Shown: positions 43,501-50,400 of the stretch, piece after piece | How the letters are laid out: each line of letters opens with the position of its first letter | How positions within the stretch are numbered: position 1 is the first letter of the stretch | Source: Tubiluchus corallicola | Taxonomy: Eukaryota > Animalia > Priapulida | Direction: 5' to 3' | DNA: 55,451 nt | NCBI GenBank assembly: GCA_030141605.1 | Contig: JAQGDQ010001208.1 | Span: 1-55,451, forward strand | Notes under the pieces: model-generated | What the model was told of the DNA's origin: nothing | What the model saw: only the letters and a program-made list of their open reading frames with translations | The model's database searches: none | Program-made: the position numbers and the translations under genes

Positions 43501-46500
43501 ACAGCTTCCCTAGTAACCTAGCAACAACAGGTAAACAGCAGTCCTCAGCTTTCAGTGTTATCTCACAGATTTTGCGCACAAGCGGGATGATGATGTAGAT
43601 ACAGGTGTCTGAAAGGTAAACAAAGTTTAGAATAAGATCACTGTTCAAAATTTCAAACTGTCAGGTGAACAAAGCACCTTAATTTGAAAAGAGTTTGGTC
43701 TCTAGACGTCTAAACATCCCCTTCTGTATATCCAAGAGCGCTGATGCCTCTCAAGTGTTTATACACGGTGCTGTCATTCAAACTGCACACAATGAAATGT
43801 ATCAAATTTGCCTGTTTCGACGACAAATTGAAAACAGGCGGGAAAGAAATTAGCATTGAATGTAAAAGCACCGAGGAAAGGGAGATATCTCGTGCCTAGT
43901 GAAGAAAATGAAAACAAAGAGTTTGATAAGAAAATTCAGAAAAAAAGATTTGTAATGTATGTAAAATTTATTTATATAGATCACAATCATTTAAAATCTC
44001 AGCACGTTGAACAACAAAATACATTTAAAATTCATAAGAAACATGAGAATTAAAAGACGGTAAAAATTAAAAATAATTCATCATAAAAAGTATAGGTTTT
44101 ACACGTCAAATGTAGACACAGGAAAGTTCAAATGTGACTTAGGTAAGTGAAATGTAGACATAGGAATTTCAAATGTGATTTGGTAACTCAAATGTGACTT
44201 AGGTAAGTCAAATGTAGATGCATTACTTTGAATAAATCGGTAATTAAGTTAATTAAGTGCAAATTAGAAAAAAGATAAACCAAAGATAGTGCATCTATTA
44301 GTAGGCCTATAACGTTGTTATTTTAACTTGGGAGCAATTATTAAATTGAAATTAAAGAAGATTAAATTTAACATCTTTAAACTTTACTACCTATACACAT
44401 TTGAGATACCAATGTCACATTTGACTTGACACGTGTCTACATTTGACTTACCAAAAACGCTTAAGATTTCTTGAAAACCATTGTTAACACATTTGACCTA
44501 CCTAAGTCTACATTTGAGCTACCAAGACACATTTGGACTACCTAAGTCTACATTTGAGTTAACGTAGGTCTACATTTGACATGTAAAACCTATATAACTT
44601 AAACAAACGAGTGTTAAGATGTTGTTTAAAACAATCTAATGAATTTGTAGAAAGTATAACAACAGGTAAGTAATCCAGAGACGTATAGTAAAATAATATA
44701 TTAATATTATATTTAAAATAATCAGTTTTCAAAAAGAATAGACGGATTTCATTCCTACAAGAAAATTTTTAATTTCCTCAGCTGCTGGTTGTTGGTTGAA
44801 ATCTAATAATTTGGAAGACGAGTAATAAAAACCAATACTAATGCTAAATGTTGCATAAGATACAGCGGTACTACCGCAGAAACAAAACTCGCTAAATAAA
44901 CTTTAATTAACTCAGAAAACTAATTAGCAATCGCATAGCCAATTAACAAAAACGAAAACAAGCATTAATCAGATAGAAGGGGATGCAGCTGCAGCACCAC
45001 GGCTTCTCATCACGGCTCATCCTCGTTAATTAACATCTAATCAATTAGTGAGCTCACTAATTAGCGGTCAGCAGCTCGGAGATTAGCTAACAGGTTTGCA
45101 CTGCTATGATAATTATTGTAATTAGTAATCACAGCATGAGTGGAGGGAGAGAAAGGGGCATTTTCAAGTATATCTCCCAATAACCTTTCCATGCAAAGTT
45201 GTGTTACTTGGCATTACCATGTTTGAAAGTCTTATGAAAATGGAAAAGAAAATTCTTAGTGATTTAAAATGTTTGCACCACTTGGTAAAACGGCATTGTA
45301 TCGCCATCCCAGTGTGAAAAACTGATTCACCAAAAACACATTATTAATCTTAGTGATAGTGTAAAGTGATTTCAACTTTTGCTTAGTCAGTGCAGCGTAT
45401 GCTACGAACGAAAGTTTCACAAAAGCCAATAATTCTCATCTCTGGTTTTTAAGTCATTTTAACCGTAAGTTGTTTGAAATAAGTTTAGATAACATTGCGT
45501 AAAGTTTGAAAAAATAATCAATGCATAACGTCTAAATTCGTGAAAGCGATATAAAATATGTTAGTAACGATATGATAGTAACGGATGCACAAAGACTCAC
45601 CGTCATCTAAGAGACTCAGCAAATGAACAACCGTTTCTAAGGCGGCAAGCCTGACAGCACCTTCCTCGTCGTTGGCCAGTTCCACCAACTCCGGCAAGAT
45701 GGAACTCTTCGTTGACTCCAATCTGAACAAAAATGAACAAAAAATTGAGTCAGCCATTCATTTCGAGAAGGCAAACAAAGCCTTATTACTATAAAAATAC
45801 AAACAACAAATCTTCATTACAATGTGTATTTTAAGTTTGCAGAATATTAGTGAACCTATAACGTTGTTATTTTAACTTTGTTCGACGGAGCCACGAATGC
45901 AGCCTTAAGTTGTAAGGAGACTTTTTCAAAAGGCAATCAACTATTTCTTCATTATGGAATTCAGCTAATACCAATTTACAACAATAATGGGTCTTTCAAA
46001 AAGAAAGTTGTTGGAAAACTGCAAAAATGACAAAAAGCTGCTCAAACCTCATTACCAAAATGACCTAGAAAAACAAGCGAACAGTACAAAGACCACTTGA
46101 AAGACATGCTTAAACTACATTCGACTGTAACAGAGTACTAGAATCTTCTCAGGCCAGTAGACATCACAATAAATTCTGTCCCACGTCCTATTGTGTTACA
46201 AATTTCTACACATAATAACGTGTTAAGCGTGTCTATCATTTAGCTGCCGGAGGCTACAGTCAGCCACGCAAAAGCCGTGTTCTTTGTAAAGCAATATATC
46301 AGTTACAACCTTATGAAATCTAATCATTATTATGCTGGTGGCGATTTATTACAGAAGTGAAAACTTATCGCAATCAGGAAATTGGCTGGTATGTAGCTTT
46401 TGGCATTTGCTCTTTAGGACCGCGTACAGACAACTGTTACTTGGTACTTTCGCCAACTGTACCCCCCCCCCCTGTCTCAGTTCGTGGGGCTAAGGGGGCT

Positions 46501-47294
46501 ATTAGGTCACGGTCCTATAATACAGTCCCTACCTCTAAATGCCAGATGGATAATTATTATTATTATTAGCATCATTTAGTTTCGAACACACGTGTACAGT
46601 TAAATTATATAAGTGGTTCAATCAACAGAAGTTATTAGACTAGTAGTAAAACTAAAATAAATATTAAATACAAGGAAAATATTTTGATCCGTATATTGAT
46701 TGTCATCAGTAAATGAAATTTTAGGGAAAAAAACAATTTCCTCCAATGTCTGGTGAACATGTAACAACAGGAGTCGAGTAACAACAAACCTACTGAGCAG
46801 AAAGATCAATGCAGCATCCGATTAGAAGAGGATTCAATAATTTGATACTGCAGCAGTGCAGCAATGCACTTGAAGTTGCACTGATTGAGATGGAATCAAT
46901 ACGTCCGGCAGCAAATCGGTTGCAGTGCACTGTTAAACACGACATACATTAAATGCATGTTATGTAATGTGCTGAAAGCTCTTCTACATTCACTTGGGAC
47001 AATAATGTGGATCCATTAGCACAAAATAGCGCTGTCAGTCAATATTACGCGACGAGGACTTGGAGCATTTAGGCAGCATTATCCTATTATTGCATGATGG
47101 GGAGTTGTAGACTTCAGTCAGCATTATGCTACATTGATGAATATTCTTACAAAGCAGAAAAATAACCACAATCCATCAGTGTGAGCATGGCCGGCCCTAA
47201 GCACAGGCAAACTAGGCAACCGCCTAGGGCCTCACCCTCCAGGGGGCCTCACGCCGAGGTAACATTTTTTTGCTTTATGCGAACATACTGCCTC

Positions 47295-47341
<47 letters not shown>

Positions 47342-47344
47342 CCC

Positions 47345-47406
<62 letters not shown>

Positions 47407-50400
47407 TCTCTCTCCCTCTCTCTCACACACACACTCTCTCTCTGTCTCTCTCGTAAATTGCGTAATTTTATTTTTTCCGTATTTATTTTTTATTTTTCTA
47501 TTTCGTTTGGGGCCACCAAATTCACTTCGCCTAGGGCCTCCAATTACCTAAGGCCGGTCCTGAGTGTGAGACATAGTTTTAAAATGGTCAACTAAAGTGA
47601 AGAGCTGACTACCAGAATATTATTATTACAAACGCCAAGAGCACGGTACATAATTCACATTGAAATTTCAAGAAAATTGTTAGACTAAACAGTACTTAAA
47701 AGTAGTTCCCAGCAAGCATCTGTGAGTACCAATGAATACATAACAGCGCAGAACCGGGAAAGATCATTCATCTTCATCCAATACTGAAATAGGATGTTAG
47801 GTGTAAAAAAATACAAAAAAGCGAACGAAACGCGAATGGAAAATTGAACGGCTCAACATTCGGTTTTGAATTTGCTTACAGTTGTACCTGTTTATTGTTT
47901 ATTTTTGTCAGTTGTGCGTTTAAATTTATAGCTCAGTAAGTCAGTATAGGCCTTTTAATTATTTGCTAATTGTAAATAATTTCAATATTTGCTAATTGTA
48001 AATAATTTCAATATTTGCTAATTGTAAATAATTTCAATATTTGCTAATTGTAAATAATTTCAATATTTGCTAATTGTAAATAATTTCAATATTTGCTAAT
48101 TGTAAATAATTTCAATATTTGCCAATTGTAAATAATTTCAATATTTGCTAACTGTAAATAATTTCAATATTTGCCAATTGTAAATAATTTCAATATTTGC
48201 CAATTGTAAATAATTTCAATATTTGCCAATTGTAAATAATTTCAATATTTGCTAATTGTAAATAATTTCAATATTTGCTAATTGTAAATAATTTCAATAT
48301 TTGCTAATTGTAAATAATTTCAATATTTGCTAATTGTAAATAATTTCAATATTTGCTAATTGTAAATAATTTCAATATTTGCTAATTGTAAATAATTTCA
48401 ATATTTGCTAATTGTAAATAATTTCAATATTTGCCAATTGTAAATAATTTCAATATTTGCTAACTGTAAATAATTTCAATATTTGCCAATTGTAAATAAT
48501 TTCAATATTTGCTAATTGTAAATAATTTCAATATTTGCTAAGTGTAAATTATTTCAATATTTGCTAATTGTAAATAATTTCAATATTTGCTAAGTGTAAA
48601 TAATTTCAATATTTGCTAATTGTAAATAATTTCAATATTTGCCAATTGTAAATAATTTCAATATTTGCTAATTGTAAATAATTTCAATATTTGCTAATTG
48701 TAAATAATTTCAATATTTGCCAATTGTAAATAATTTCAATATTTGCTAATTGTAAATAATTTCAATATTTGCTAATTGTAAATAATTTCAATATTTGCCA
48801 ATTGTAAATAATTTCAATATTTGCTAATTGTAAATAATTTCAATATTTGCTAATTGTAAATAATTTCAATATTTGCTAATTGTAAATAATTTCAATATTT
48901 GCTAATTGTAAATAATTTCAATATTTGCTAATTGTAAATAATTTCAATATTTGCTAATTGTAAATAATTTCAATATTTGCTAATTGTAAATAATTTCAAC
49001 TGTTTCATAATAATTATGTTGTTAATAAACTGTGTAGTAAGTAATCTAGCAAACATAGTTATTTGCAGATGTGATTGTTCACGAATTACGTTAAAAAGAA
49101 AAAATATGTCCCTAAAAACTTTACACACAAAGTTATATTACTTATCATTACGCTTACCAGTCTAAAAGACTTATGTAACTAGTAAGAAAAATTCTGAGTA
49201 ATTCAAAGTGTTCACGGGTGGTAAAATGTCACTGACTTAGCTTCCCAGTGTGCACCACTGAATCACTAAAGAAGATATTCTTAATCTTATTGACAAGACA
49301 AAGTAATTAATACTTAGTTATTATAATTATTATTAAAAATATTTATTGAAAATTATACAATAAGCCCTCTATTTGCAGGGCACAAAAGTACAAAAATGTT
49401 AAATAAGTCTTTACACTATGTACATTAAATAAATTTCTTACTAAACAAGCTGACAATTTTGCATTACGGTTCACTTATTCTAAATATATATCCAATATTT
49501 ATAATCAATGTATCAATTTACTATAAGATCGTTTTGGGTTAGTTAGTGAAGTGTGCACTTTGAATGCTCCAATTATTCTTTTAAACTTTGCATAATGTTA
49601 TCCAAACTTGGTTCAAACGATTTATTGTTAAGATGGTTCAATTTAAAGGCCACTGCGGGAGGGCAACAGATTCTTTAATGTTCAGGTGTTACCCACTGAG
49701 TTTAGCTAAGATCAGAAGCATTCACAATGCATAGACATAGACATAGAACATTTATTTTCTCCAATTAGTTTAACGTCAAAAGTTTTTTAAATATTAAGTA
49801 ATTATAATCATGGAGCAGGGTAGGGAAGGACCATGGGGGCATCTAGTCTCCTGCCCTTTCTTATAAATAGATTAGTTATATTAAAAATTAACGGTGATGC
49901 TGCAGATAACAAAAACAAAAACAAATAAGAAAAAATAATAATAAAAACAGTATAAATGATACAAATTATCCAAAAAGAACTGAAAACAAAAAATAATAAA
50001 GTTAGATACCTAAATCTAAACAAAACAATACAATTATTCAGTAATTAGGATTATTAAATGTAGTAGTTTCAAATGGGGTCTTATTAACAGGGGAATTTGA
50101 CCAAGGTTAGTGAGTAAAGTTAACAACTGAGAGTATGGAAAGAAAAAATAAGTATCAAAAAAGTGTAATATAGAAAAATTTATGAGAAAAAGTAAGTATG
50201 AGAAAGAGCAACAATTACTTCAGAGATGAGGAAAAAAAAAGAAAAGAAAAAAAACATCTCGATGTTTAATTATATCCCACAGTGTAATCTAACTTAGTTA
50301 ATAAACCAGGACACTTTCAATGGCACATAATGCCCCTTGGGACTTCAGAGGTATGTTGGCTAACAGGGCACGTGCCAAAGGAGCCTGACGCCACGTTCAG

